From: the human T2T-CHM13v2.0 reference genome, Homo sapiens
Length of the DNA: 64,000 nt
Strand: one strand, 5' to 3'
Assembly: GCF_009914755.1 (NCBI RefSeq)
Contig: NC_060929.1
The position numbers and the translations under genes are program-made. This document shows, in pieces, positions 27,904 through 40,469 of this stretch; positions within the stretch are counted from its first letter, which is position 1; each line of letters opens with the position of its first letter. Below the pieces are notes generated by a model that was not told the origin of the DNA, ran no database searches, and saw nothing but the letters and a program-made list of their open reading frames with translations.

Positions 27904-29642
27904 GGGCACAGTAGAGTGGGATGAGCCATAGGTGTGGCGTAGGACTATGTTTCTGGTGTCCGATTACCTCGCACCACTGCCAAGACACACATGGCAGCCA
28001 GCCCAGAGCTCCCTCTAGCAGACCAGTCAGCCTGCCCACTACATCCCAACCTTCAGTGCCTTCTGTACTTCTCCAAGCCCCCTCCTTTTTCCTAGGCCTC
28101 ACCTACTCTCCCTCATCAGTAAACCCTCCCAATAACTCCAGCCCGGCTTCCTTGACTTCATTGCTTGCTTAAATCTAGTTTTACCACCTATCTTGTGCCA
28201 GGAGCTCCTCTAAACAAATTGTTACTGACTTACACTTTTTGGCATATCCTCCTCAGTGTCTGATTCAGGGCCAAGCTGGTAAGCTCTAGCAGCATGTGCT
28301 GAACTAAACGGACTGCCCTCTAAGGTTGGGCTCTGGATAGGTAAAGACAAAGAGCACCCTGTGTCTACTAAAAATACAAAAAATTAGCCAGGCGTGGTGG
28401 CGGGCACCGGTAGTCCCAGCTACTCGGGAGGCTGAGGCAGGAGAATGGTGTGAACCTGGGAGGCACAGCCAAGATTGCGCCACTGCACTCCAGCCTGGGC
28501 GACAGAGCGAGACTCCGTCTCAAAAACAAAACAAACAAACAAACAAAAAAAACAAATGCAAAATGGCCCATCCCCAGCAGGAAGTTAAGGGCTGGAAAAG
28601 GCTTTTGCTATTCCATGGTTAAGGACAGGGTTTTGAGCCAGCTAGACCTTAGTTTGAATCCAGGTTGTGTGACCTTAGGCAAGTGACAACCCCCCTGAGC
28701 TTTAGGTTCCTCAGTGGATACTGAAGACTGCTGAGCTTATGTGGCATGACACACAGGATGATTCCTGGCAGGGACAGTTGTGATGCTCAGGTGGGTTGAA
28801 ATGTGGGGTATAAGGGACTCAGGCAGTTCTGCAGCTGTTGTTAAGGATGACTGGATAGCTTAAACTAGCCACCCAAGTCACAAAGAAGCCTCTTCATGTA
28901 CAGATGCCTACCCAGATGCTCTCCATCTCCTCATATTCCCTAGGCATTGAGGCTGCCACTTGACTGTCTCACGCCCATAGGATGGTCTGTTCCAGCCCCC
29001 AGTCTAGCATCCTCTAAATGGGCAGGGGTACCATGTTCAAATAGCCACCCATCCATCGAAGGGACAGCTGCTACCAAGAGCACCTTCCTTTGATTCTGCC
29101 TAAAATCCTACGGGGAACCCTGGCCCTCCTCTGTCCTCCCCAGCCCCAACCCACCAGCTGTTCAGAGACAGCCTCTGACACCTATGTTATGTGAACATGA
29201 ACACTTGGATCTTGAGAGAGAGGGAGGCAGACAGGACCTGTGGCTGTGATCAGGCTGGTAAGTGACAAAATGGAGGCCCATCATCTTGCTACTACCATCC
29301 CTTATGTCCCTATACTGATGCAGTCATTAACTCCCATCTCCATGGAGCCTTCCCCAGTCCTGCAGCCCAGGTCCCCTGAAACCCTCCAGCAGAGGCAGTA
29401 TGGTGCAGTGGATGGGACACAGGCCATTGACTGCGTCAGATGGATGTTGTTAAAAATCCCAGATTTAGCCAGATGGTATATAGCATGCACCTGTACTCTC
29501 AGCTCTTCAGGAGGCCGAGACAGAAGGATTGCTTGAGTCCAGGAGTTTGAGGCTGTAGTATGCTATGATCACACCTGTGAATAACCACTGCACTCCAGCC
29601 TGGGCAACATAGACCCCCATCTTAATTTAAAAATAGAGGCTA

Positions 29643-29997
<355 letters not shown>

Positions 29998-30073
29998 TCA
30001 CTTGAGCCCAGGAGTTCAAGACCAACCTTGGCAATAAAGTAAGACCCCGTCTCTACAAAAAATTCAAAAATTA

Positions 30074-30511
<438 letters not shown>

Positions 30512-31494
30512 TAGCCTCCCAAAGTGATGGGATTACAGGCATGAGCCACCATGCTCGGCCGTGATGTTTTAATTTTGTGACTTTATGACTTTGTGGTTTT
30601 TGAGGATGAAGTAAGACACTTAGCTCTGCCTTACCCATAGTATATGTTTGCTAAATGTTAACTGTTTGTTATCAGAGCACCTGGTGACATTTATTTTATA
30701 TATTTACTGGCATCTTTATGCGGGCCCCACAAAGTATCCTCCACGATCTTTGCAAAAAGCTCTGGTACCAAAGGGAAATGTTAGTGGCTCTTCTAGTCGC
30801 CATTGTGGCAGGCTGCTGACATATTTGGAGTGGATGGATTTTGCCAACAAACTGATGCTGCATTTATCTCTGTCCTACTCTGAAGAAAGCAAAGACATCC
30901 CTCAGCCCAGTGGCTATTAAGAAATGGAGAGGAGGCCAGGTGCAGTGGCTCATGCCTGTAATCCAGCACTTTGGGAGGTTGAGGCGAGCGTATCACTTGA
31001 GGTCAGGAGTTCAAGACCAGCCTGCCCAATATGGTGAAACCCCATCTCTACCAAAAATATGAAAATTAGCTGGGCGTGGTGGCAGCCACCTGTAGTCCCA
31101 GCTACTCAGGAGACAGGAGAATCACTTGAACCCTCCGGGAAGTGGAGGTTGCAGTGAGCTGAGATCGCACCACTGCACTCCAGCCTGGGTGACAGGGCGA
31201 GACTCCATCTCGGAAAAAAAAAAAGGAAAGAAATGGAAAAAGTGGAGAGGAAAGGATTCACAGGACCCAGCAGTGACTCTTCCGGCCCCATCCTCTTCAA
31301 GACCTCTGAGGCATGTCTGTGCCTCATTCTCTCCCTCCAGCCAGTGAGCACTCCACCAGCCCATCTATTCCTGATGCTCCCTGCAGGGCCTGCATTGCAT
31401 GGGACCTAACCACACAGCTCCAGCTCAGAGGCCATCTGTTGGAGTGCATGAGTCCAGCCTAGTTCTTCATTCCCCTCCCAGGACCGAACCATAC

Positions 31495-31590
31495 CTGGCA
31501 CTGTGTTGTCAAGTATGAAAGCAAGGCACCCGCCCACAAACATCTCCGTGGTCAGCAGCACAATCAGAATCTGATCCACTTCAAGAATGC
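31495..31590 (-). CDS. SLC23A1: SLC23A1 exon 13
   Basis: cacag|GC...CCAG|gtatgg; [31 protein letters not shown]. Confidence 0.96.
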
Positions 31591-32067
31591 CTGTGGAATA
31601 GGCCAAGGGCCAATGGGTGTCATGGCCCAATCTGGAGAGCAGAGTTGAGGGACTTCCTCTTGTGCAGCTATGGCAAAGGAACAGTACAAAGCCCTGTCTC
31701 AAACCTATCTCTGTCTTTCCTATCTCTGGGTTCAAGTCCCAATTCTGCCAGTTGCTAGTTGTTCACCTGGGACAAATCACTGAGCCTCATCTTCCTCATC
31801 TGTAAAGTTGAAATGATAATGGAGAAATGATAAATGTAGATAAATGGAGCTGTTTTGAAAATTAAATAAGCACATGTAAAGGTCAATATCTGTCCACAGG
31901 AAGTGTCTTAGTAAAGGACAGCTGTGACCCAAGCTCTCAGCTGCTGGTTGACACCCAGAGTTGGGTACGATTTGTGGCTGTAGCTGTGTGGAGCCTTTGA
32001 GGGAGGGGGCTGTGCTCAAAATTTTGGGCCCACCCCGCCTTTGGAGACAGTAAACAGCTGGAGGCAC

Positions 32068-32211
32068 CTGTATTGATGGCGCCAGGGTTGGACTCCAGGT
32101 AATTGGGCAGCGTGAGCCCGAAGAACATGGAAAATCCCAGCACGAAGAGGTTGCGAGAGGAGTTCATGTCCACAAATTGCAGGTTGGACAGCCCCACAGC
32201 TGTAATCATGC
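32068..32211 (-). CDS. SLC23A1: SLC23A1 exon 12
   Basis: cttag|GC...ACAG|gtgcct; [47 protein letters not shown]. Confidence 0.96.
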
Positions 32212-32229
32212 CTAAGGGCGCAAGAGAAC

Positions 32230-32760
32230 GGCTGGAGGCGCCGCACACGCGTAATCCAGGTGAGTCCCACTCGGCGACCCGCACCGCGACCCGTGGCCCG
32301 CGCCAGACACTCACCAAAGAGAGTGCAGAACATGCCCCCCAGGATGGGGTCAGGGAGCGAGGCGAAGAGGGCCGTGAACTTGCCGATGGTGCCCAGGACC
32401 AGCATGATAGCCGCACCATACTGCACCACGCGCCGGCTGCCCACCTGCCGGGGAGCCAGCGGGGAAGCTAGACCTGGGGACGAGGCTGGGGCGGGGTTAG
32501 TTCCAGGGGCGGGGCCTGTTATAAGAGCGAGGCATAAACCGGCTGGGGCTTGATGCGGGGGCGAGGCCTCTCAAAGACAGGGTGGGGCTAAACCAAAGTG
32601 GGGACCGAGTTGGGGCGGGGCCTGCGGCCCACGGAATTAGGGCAGGATTTGGCTCTGGCTCGTCGCGACACCTTGGTAATTCCCAGGACGCCAATGTTGG
32701 GACTGGACGAGGTGGACCCGTTGCCCGTGCCCAATAGCCCCGCGATGATGCAGCAAATGC
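32230..32760. promoter_or_regulatory. Intragenic CpG-rich island with GC boxes in SLC23A1 introns 10-11
   Basis: Locally dense CpG; GGGGCGGGG at 32488, 32506 and 32612. Confidence 0.55.
32315..32444 (-). CDS. SLC23A1: SLC23A1 exon 11
   Basis: gcag|GTG...TTTG|gtgagt; [43 protein letters not shown]. Confidence 0.96.
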
Positions 32761-32777
32761 CTTCGGTGAAGATGCCC
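32672..32777 (-). CDS. SLC23A1: SLC23A1 exon 10 (NAT/NCS2 signature)
   Basis: ttacag|G...AAG|gtgtcg; [35 protein letters not shown] contains the nucleobase-ascorbate transporter motif PNxGxxxxT[KR]. Confidence 0.96.
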
Positions 32778-33299
32778 CTGTAAGGAAAGGGAGAGTCGGG
32801 GCTTGGTCCAGCCTCTGCACCAGTCTGTGTTCCCCCATCATCTTAGCAAGCTGCCGTCCTCTGGGGCTGTGGGGGCTGCAGCTATCAGCTGTAGCACTCC
32901 CTACTACAGGCCAGAATGCTCAGGCTCCAGAGCTAGTCCTAGTGCCCTGGCACTTACTCCTGTGGGTAATTCTGGCCTTCAATTTCCTCCTGGGATAAAT
33001 ACCGGTGCCCGTCTCACAAAATGCTTCAAAGATTGCATAAGAATGCACAGTCAGAGCCGGGCACATGGAGGGCTGTCAATGACGGTGGTTCCCTTTGGAC
33101 TCCACCATCTTCTCAGCTACTCCCAGCAAAGACAGAGGGGTGATGAGAGGGCACCCCCATCGCACAAACAAGGAGAATGAGGTCTGGAGCGTGTTCCCGA
33201 CTTGCCTAAGCCTACCCCCTGGGCCTCCACCCCGTTCCTGTGTGTGCTTCCTGGGTGGCGCCTGAGGAGATCAGATACTGAGGAGGGCAGGTAGGCTAC

Positions 33300-33447
33300 C
33301 TGTTGATAGCATGTACTGGAGGGGGTGGTGCACCAGCCAGGCGGGCACAGGCGTAGTAATCTCCGATGGACTCAATGATGCCTGCCAGAGTGGCGCTGAA
33401 CATTCCCAGGACAGCAGCCGCAGTCACCGTGGGCAGGCCCCACTGAC
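33300..33447 (-). CDS. SLC23A1: SLC23A1 exon 9
   Basis: cacag|GT...AACAG|gtagcc; [48 protein letters not shown]. Confidence 0.96.
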
Positions 33448-33770
33448 CTGTGCTCGGAGGGAGACAGGATGGTGGCTACAGTGAGGAGACTGTGATGGTT
33501 AGGAATAGACAGGGCAGTGCTGGAAGGAGCAAGAGCAGATCAGGAGACCTCAGGCTGGGATGGGAGCTATACAGTTGTGGGAGCTTATTTGAGTCACTCA
33601 GAGCCAGGAAGTGGGACTGAAGCTTTGTCTAAGTAAAACACCACTCTGCTGGGCGCACTATAAATGTGCGGCTAATGCTAGGTGTGTCACCTGCTGGATT
33701 GGGGTCACCAGGAGTCTGTCTCATAGGTGGTCTCAGTTGGGGGCAGAGGGGCCCAAGGGGTGTTGCTCAC

Positions 33771-33927
33771 AGGGGTAGGGGATGCGGATCCAGGGTGCAA
33801 TAGCCATGATGTCACCACGGGCATCGGTTCGTGCCTGGAAGCCATAGGCTTTTGGGTCTGTGGGCAGCACGTCTGTCAAGGTCAGGACATAGCAGAGCAG
33901 CCACACGGTCATGATGGCCAGCATGAT
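33771..33927 (-). CDS. SLC23A1: SLC23A1 exon 8
   Basis: ttcag|ATC...CCCT|gtgagc; [52 protein letters not shown]. Confidence 0.96.
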
Positions 33928-34048
33928 CTGAAGGAGGGGGGTGAGGGGGCACTGAAGGCACTGGAGGTCTCTGTCCAGGCTAACCTGCTCCCACCTCAGC
34001 CCAAGCCCTGGCCATAGTCCCAGCCCCAGCCGCCTGCCAGGTCCTCAC

Positions 34049-34169
34049 AGGAAACATTTTGAAGATCTGGATGCGGAGGAGAGTGAGGCCCTTGCCCCAG
34101 CGGTAGACAGGCAGCAGGAAGGTGAGGTTGCGCAGGTACTGGGAGAAGAGGATGATCAGGAGAATGGAG
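34049..34169 (-). CDS. SLC23A1: SLC23A1 exon 7
   Basis: cccag|C...CCT|gtgagg; [40 protein letters not shown]. Confidence 0.96.
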
Positions 34170-34300
34170 CTGGGGGCAGAGGCACAATCAGGAAGTGGAT
34201 GGGAGGCCAGGCTGGGGCCAGGAGCCGGGAAGAAGGACCAAGGACATGAAGAGGGTAGGGTGCTGGGGCTGGGCAGGGATCAGGCCTGGTGCCTGCTCAC

Positions 34301-34482
34301 CAAGCTGAGATGCCCCAGTGGGAGCCAGCTCGGTCGCCAGCAGCTTGGAAGACAGAAAGGCCAATGAGGGAGACAGTGGGGGTGACTGTGAGAGGCCCAA
34401 TGTAGTTGAGCAGGGCCCCAGGCAGCCCCAGCAGGCCAATCACCACCTCCACCACGCTGGACACCATGATTGCACCCTGGAC
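34301..34482 (-). CDS. SLC23A1: SLC23A1 exon 6
   Basis: ttccag|GTC...TTG|gtgagc; [60 protein letters not shown]. Confidence 0.96.
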
Positions 34483-34657
34483 CTGGAAGGGCAAACATCA
34501 GCCGTAAGTCACCATGTAAAGGTCATGACCTGGCTGCTGCTAGCAGGAACAAAGCTCCTGGACCACCTCCTCAAATCCCCAAACTCAGCGGCCACCCTCA
34601 CTCCCATATAGCCCCTCCTCAGGACCCGGCCTCTTCTATGCTTACATGCAAACCCAC

Positions 34658-34725
34658 CTCCCGTATCCGTGGGTGCCAAATATGAGAGGTGTTCAGGGGC
34701 AGACTCCAGTTACCGTAGATCTCCT
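34658..34725 (-). CDS. SLC23A1: SLC23A1 exon 5 (alternative donor extends it to 34646)
   Basis: cccag|AG...GAG|gtgggt; [22 protein letters not shown] with two N-glycosylation sequons (NWS, NTS). Confidence 0.95.
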
Positions 34726-34890
34726 CTGGGGGTAGAGTCAGGGATACACACACGGACCAGGTACAGAGACAGAGAGGGAGAGAAGATGCTGCCATGGCTG
34801 CACCCTGGTGTTGACCCGGGACAGTTGCTCAGACCTCCAGGTCTCTGGGCCTCCCCTTTTCCCCAGTGCAGACCCCAGAAGTGTACCCAC

Positions 34891-34979
34891 CTTCCGGGGG
34901 GCATTTCCATCTCTCCAGAGCCAGTATGGCTTTGGCTGGAACCAGAAATGCAAAGGCACTGGCCTGGAACAGCGGCAGC
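34891..34979 (-). CDS. SLC23A1: SLC23A1 exon 4
   Basis: ctccag|G...GAAG|gtgggt; [29 protein letters not shown]. Confidence 0.96.
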
Positions 34980-35464
34980 CTGGAGGAGAGGCACAAAGCA
35001 ACAGGGGTGGGGAGGGGCGGGTGGGGAGGAGGGATAAAGATGCGGGGAGAGATCAGGAAGGGAGAGCACAGAGAGAGTGACAGAGACACAAGGGACAAGG
35101 GCAGATGGAAATCGTTGAGGCCCCAGGGAAGACCATCTCTAACATTTTGGCTGCCCAAGGAAGAAAACAAATGGAGCCCCCAGCTCAAAACCTGCCCCCT
35201 TCCCACCACCAGCTCCTGCACTGTGAGGAGGGGGCACCTGCCCGGAAGTGGACACCTCAGTTCCCGCATCCAGGTTTCTCTCACAATCTTCCCCTGTCCC
35301 CCGCTGCTCAAACAGCTCAAATGCCACCCAGGCCTAGGGCTGTGCACTCGGGAGCGTGGGGCCCTGGGAGGGTGGGCTGTCGAAGAGGCTGGCACCAACC
35401 CTGGGAGCTAGCTCAGGGCTGCCATCTGGGCAATATTCAGAATGGGGTTTAAGAGGGGAGAGCC

Positions 35465-35732
35465 GGCTAGGCTTGGTGGCTCACGCCTGTAATCCCAGCA
35501 CTTTGGGAGGCCAAGGTGGGCGGATACAAATACAAAATTAGCCGGGCATGGTGGCGCATGCCTGTAATCCCAGCTACTCAGGAGGCTAAGGTGGGAGAAT
35601 CGCTTGAACGCGGGAGAATCGCTTGAACCCGGGAGGTGGTGGTTGTGGTGAGCCGAGATCACGCCACCGCAATCCAGCCTAGGCAACAAGAGCAAAACTC
35701 CGTCTCCAAAAAAAAAAAAAAAAAAAAAAAAA
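35465..35732 (+). mobile_element. Rearranged Alu (left-arm deletion, short internal duplication)
   Basis: gggagaatcgcttgaac repeated; left arm joined directly to the linker. Confidence 0.85.
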
Positions 35733-35984
35733 GAGGGGAGAGCCAGCGAGGGTACAATCCCTTAAACTTGCAGATGCCTGGTCTTTGAAGTGTGCCTAGA
35801 TCAAGATTCCCAGGGTTGGGGCCACGCTGCCCAGCTCTAAGGCTGGCCTGGGATAGGAGAAGCAGGTGGAGGCAGAAAGCGGCTTTTTTGTCTCACCAGT
35901 GTCCTCTGGGAGCCCACCTGCTCCTGCTGTGTGGATCACAGTGGAGGGGTGGCGGGGGACGGGTTGGGGGGCTGGGCGGCTCAC

Positions 35985-36142
35985 CGGATGCCCACGGTGG
36001 TCTGGATGAGAGTGGTGATGCCCACGCACGTGAAGATGGTGCCGATGAGCTGACTAACCATGTGCTGGTCGTGGCCCACACACAGCGCCTCAGCCAGCAG
36101 GAAGGGCACGGCAATGGTACCACTGAAGCATGTCAGGTAGTG
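35985..36142 (-). CDS. SLC23A1: SLC23A1 exon 3
   Basis: cccag|CAC...CCG|gtgagc; [52 protein letters not shown]; QH motif of NAT transporters spans the exon 2/3 junction. Confidence 0.96.
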
Positions 36143-36584
36143 CTGGGCAGAGGGAGACAGCAGAGTGCATGAGGCAGGACCCCAGAGCTCCAGGGAGAGG
36201 GGACAACCTAGTGTCCTCATGCCTGCCTCAGCGGGCCTGGAACCGGCTGCCTGCCCAGGACTGGCAGTCCCCACAAGGGATTCCCAGAGAGCTACTGCTG
36301 ACCACTCTGGGGGTCACTAATTTCCACTCAAGATATTCCTGCGGCTTCCGTGGAGTCGGCTCTGCTCCCTGTCACCAACACCCCACCTGGCAAGCGTCAC
36401 ACTCCCCCAGGGAGTTCATCTTCTTTCAGGATTCAGCCTCTTCCCGACTCCTGCTTGCTGACAGCCACTGTGCTGACCTCAGGTTTTTCTTCCTGTTACC
36501 CAAGATACTCCCTGCTGGCCAGGGAGGGGCTGGAGTCCCCGGGGAGTGTGCAGAGTGAGGGCGGGGAGGCCCTGGGGGACCCAC

Positions 36585-36698
36585 CTGGAAGCCCAGCAGG
36601 ATGCACAGGTACCAAGGTGGCACGTCCTCGATCTTGTACAACATGTCAAACTTAGGCTCTGTGGGTAGCGGGGTCGAGGGGTCCCTGGTGGTTTCATG
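36585..36698 (-). CDS. SLC23A1: SLC23A1 exon 2
   Basis: ctccag|CAT...CAG|gtgggt; [38 protein letters not shown]. Confidence 0.96.
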
Positions 36699-37311
36699 CT
36701 GGAGGCAGCAGAGATAAGTAGCTTAGGGTGAAGTGATGGGGACAGGCAAAATCCATTCTGCCCCAGAATCAATCAGGCAGCCCAAGTGGCTTGTCAGCAA
36801 CTGAGAGCGGGGTTCCCGCCCTCCCCAACAGTCCATCCACCCGGGTGCCACTTGGCCTGGCCACAGTTTTCTCCCACTTCGCATTGCTTCCCGCAGGGAT
36901 GAGTCTACTGTGCCAGCTTCTAGAGCCCTCAGGACCTGCCATTTTAGCCAGGGAAGTGGACCCTTAAGTCAGAAGTCTTGGAGACCACAGGAGAGGGGGC
37001 CAAGAGGGCTCAAGACTGTGGACAAGTCCAATCCGGTCCCACCTCTGCCCCCTGGAGATCCTTGGGGTGTCACTGGCCGGGAGATTAGGCCTCTCCTGAA
37101 CCCCAACCTGGAGTCAGCCAGTCCCAAAGCTGCAGGCTCCTTCACCCCCACCTCCACCCATCCCCCAGTTGCCACATTCAATTTGGGACAGTCACTCTTA
37201 TCAAGTTCATCAGAACGTTTATCTCTGGCCTCCAGGAAGAAGGCCTGCACAGGCCCTCCAGCCCCCCACCCCCCCTGCCCCCACCTAGCCCCCACCCCCA
37301 GCCCCCAGCAC

Positions 37312-37347
37312 CTGTGTCCGGCCCTCGAGGTCCTCCTGGGCCCTCAT
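37312..37347 (-). CDS. SLC23A1: SLC23A1 exon 1 coding part; sodium-dependent vitamin C transporter SVCT1
   Basis: AAGATGAGG start; MRAQEDLEGRTQ; donor CAG|gtgctg; joined exons keep frame through to the TGA at 26092. Confidence 0.93.
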
Positions 37348-37399
37348 CTTTGGGGCACAGGTTTGAGCAGTTCCTGAGGAGAAGAGGGGATGACTTGAC

Positions 37400-37750
37400 A
37401 AAGGCCAAGGAGGAGGACTTTACTCCACATATCAGGCATTGTTTGAAGTAAATCTGTAACCAGATGCCCAGCTCTGGATTGCGAAAGGGGGGCCCGGGCA
37501 GAGGTAATGTATTAACTCTCACTAGGACAGTAAAAGCCACCCAAGCCTCTGCCACATGTGCCCTTCCCTGCCCACATCTGCGCCTGGGCGCTGGACCTGT
37601 TCTTGTTTCCCAAGAGAGGGCCAGAGTCGAGGGGGTGAGGACCAGAAGTTTACCAAGCCCCAGGTGAGCGGAGAAAGAGGGAGTGGAAACAGGCACTTAT
37701 TATGTAACCCCCTGTATGAGGCCCTTCCCCACTGATTAATAACTAGTTCA
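37400..37750 (-). promoter_or_regulatory. SLC23A1: SLC23A1 proximal promoter with HNF1-like sites
   Basis: GTAAATCTGTAAC (37448-37460) and GTAATGTATTAAC (37504-37516) resemble HNF1 consensus GTTAATNATTAAC; HNF1 dependence of SVCT1 is established. Confidence 0.65.
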
Positions 37751-38089
37751 TCATTATCATCATCATCATAGTCATTCTCGTTATTGAGGAATGGCCTTGG
37801 CCTTGTGCCAAGAAACATGGATCTGCACTGTCCCAAGTAACCCCTGTGCTGGGCGGTATTAACCCCTTTAACAGCGAAGGAAACAGATTCAGTAGATGTG
37901 ATTTGACCCAAGCCATGCAGATAGCAAGTTCGCAGAAACCAATCCTAAAATTCAGGTTGGTCTGAGCTGCCTTGCCCTCACCACCCTGCACCCCTCAGGG
38001 TCCCTGAGGCAGGCAGCAGATGGGCCTCTGCAGGCAGAGCTGCCTAGGCTGGCCCAGCCGGGTCTGCACTCTGTGTCAGGGCACAGATC

Positions 38090-38260
38090 CCTTTTCCCTC
38101 CCAGCCACATAATTTCTGGGACCCAGTGCAAAGTAAGAATGTGAGGCCTTTATTCCAAAAGTATAAAGAATTTAAAGATAGCAGGAGCATTAGATGGAGC
38201 GTGGGGCCTTTCTATGCACCAAGCCCTGTGTGACTGCCCATCACCTAGCCCAGGAAGGCA
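38090..38260. mobile_element. MER45A-like DNA transposon relic
   Basis: cataatttctgggacccagtgcaaa...aagaatttaaagat...gccctgtgtgactgc matches recalled MER45A. Confidence 0.55.
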
Positions 38261-39704
38261 GTCCTATGCCCAGCCTGTCTCCCCTCCTGGCAGGCCCAGC
38301 CCAGCCTGGCCCTAGGGCCTGAGATGGCAGAGGGGGACATGGGGAGGGGCCCTAAGAACTCAGGCTCCTCAGCTGGTGAGGGCTGGGCCTGAGGTCCCCA
38401 TTCTGTTCCCCTCTGGGCTGCCCCAGCCCCAGCACTCTAGAGCCCACCTACTTCTGGGTCGCTGTGCCCATGGCCAGGCCCTGCCTGAAGGGCCAAGGGG
38501 CAGCACCGCTCTTCAGCTGGGCAGCAGCTTCATGCCACAGCACTGAGTCCGCCCGCCTGCCGGTGTCCACACTGTTCCTCTGTCCGCCTGTCCTCTCCTC
38601 TCCCTCTTGGCTACTGCTCCCAATTTCCAAAGTTGCTGGACCAGTTTGAAGCCTCTGCAACTCCCCAGCACTTTTCTCTCCAACTTCTCCTCCCAGAACT
38701 CCCCAGGGTGCTGTGGAGACCAAGCCCGACCCCCTGCAGACACGGCTCCATGGACACTCAATTCAACCCAAACCACACAACACGCATAGAGAACAAGGTG
38801 GAGAACACGGTCCCAGATCCACAGTAGCATGAAGGGGCCCACACACCCAGAGCTGATGCAGCCTCTCTAATCACCCCACAGAAACACAGGTCCACGTCAT
38901 GGGTGCCCGGCTCCACACCCTGTCCTGAAAGCTTAGTGGGTTTCTTGGGCCCTGACTTTCCTCCTGGTGTCTAGGGTTTCTCTCCTGAGTGAAGGCCACG
39001 GATGGTGGGGCTTCAGGCAGGTCCTGGAACAGGTGAAGGATGGAGGGGGCTGAGTGCAGCTCCCAGGGAAGCTGGAGTGGCCAGGGCCTGCCCCAGGCAC
39101 CTCCATTCCCCCAGCAGCCCGCCTCTCCGGTCCCCTAAGTCTGAATCCCCTCCCAGCCCTACTACTACTCAGCCAGGGACTTGGCCCAAACCCCTTCTGT
39201 TGTCTAAGTTTCGGTTTCTGCATCTGTCAAAGGGGGATTAGATTGTCTTCCTGCACATGGCTCTCGTGCAAAATAAAAATATTTCTAAAAATGAGGGTTA
39301 GAATGTTCTGTCTCTCTCCCAGGGCTTGGCCAGATCAGAGACACTCACAAACGAAACTGAAAGTTCTGGTGCCACCGATCTCCAGTTCCCAGACCTAGGT
39401 GGGGTCCAGGGCTTCTTTACTAAGGAAAAGCCCCAGCCAGAAGAATTTCCAGAGAAAGCAGGACTGAGAACCAAAATGTTGAATCTGGCTGGTCAGAAAC
39501 CCAGGGCCCATCCATACCAGCTGGGGTCAAAGGCAGAGTGTGGAAAATGAACAGCCATTGGGTGTAGACCCAGTGAGACGTGTGTTCTCGGAGGGGTGCA
39601 GATAGCATGGAGTGGCTGGAATAGGTGTGCCACAAGGTGGCCTGCGTGCACAGTTTTCCTTGGTTCTCTTTTCTCATGAAGGCTCTGAAGACCTGGGATG
39701 TCAC

Positions 39705-40395
39705 TGAAACCACCTTTGCAAAATTATGACTGAGACAGTGAAAGAGATCTAACTTAATCAGTTCCATCTTGCTTCTAACCTCCAAGTTGTCTTTCTTCAT
39801 TCCTGAGTGTAGGCTGAACTAACCTTGGGAGAACTTAGTTTTTAGTTTATAGTCTAAAACAAAGACAATAACAGCCCTTTCTCAAAGCAGACCTCCTTCT
39901 TGCCTGAGGACTAGATTGCCTTTGTAGGATGGAGCAACATTAGCCACAAGATGAGAAATTTTGGTTTAGGAGTCATGCAGCTAGAGGTTACAAGATTCTG
40001 ACCCTCTCTAAACTGCTCCTAAGATCAGTGCTTGAGATACTTTGCAGACCCTGCACTTGATAGATCAGCTGGCATCACCCAGATCCATAAATTGGCTCGT
40101 TGGGACTTGTGGCCTCCACCTAGGAACTGACTCAAGGCAAGGAGACAGCTTCAACTCCCTATGATTTCAGTCCTGACCAATCAGCACTCCTGGCTCACTG
40201 GCTTCCCCGCCATCCACCAAGTTGTCCTTAAAAACTCTGCTCCCTGAATGCTTGGGGAGACTGATTTGAGTAATAGTAAAACGCTGGTCTCCTGCACAGC
40301 CAGCTCTGCGTTAATTAGTCTTTATTGCAATTCCCCTGTCTTGAGCAATCGGCTCTGTCTAGGCTTGAGCAAGGTGAACCCTTTGGGCGATTACA
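39705..40395 (+). mobile_element. Solo LTR8 (ERV1), full length
   Basis: TGAAACCACCTTTGCAAAATTATGACTGAGACAGTG...GGGCGATTACA; TG...CA ends; 4-bp TSD TCAC at 39701-39704 and 40396-40399. Confidence 0.88.
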
Positions 40396-40469
40396 TCACC
40401 ACACCATTGATGGCTCCCTCTTACCTCTGGAAGTTGTAGGGATGCAAATTTGGCCTTCTGTAGGAGGGA

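Noticed and set aside
34829-35411. 181-189 aa ORFs on both strands
   Set aside because: Only 34891-34979 is SLC23A1 exon 4; the remainder is intronic read-through.
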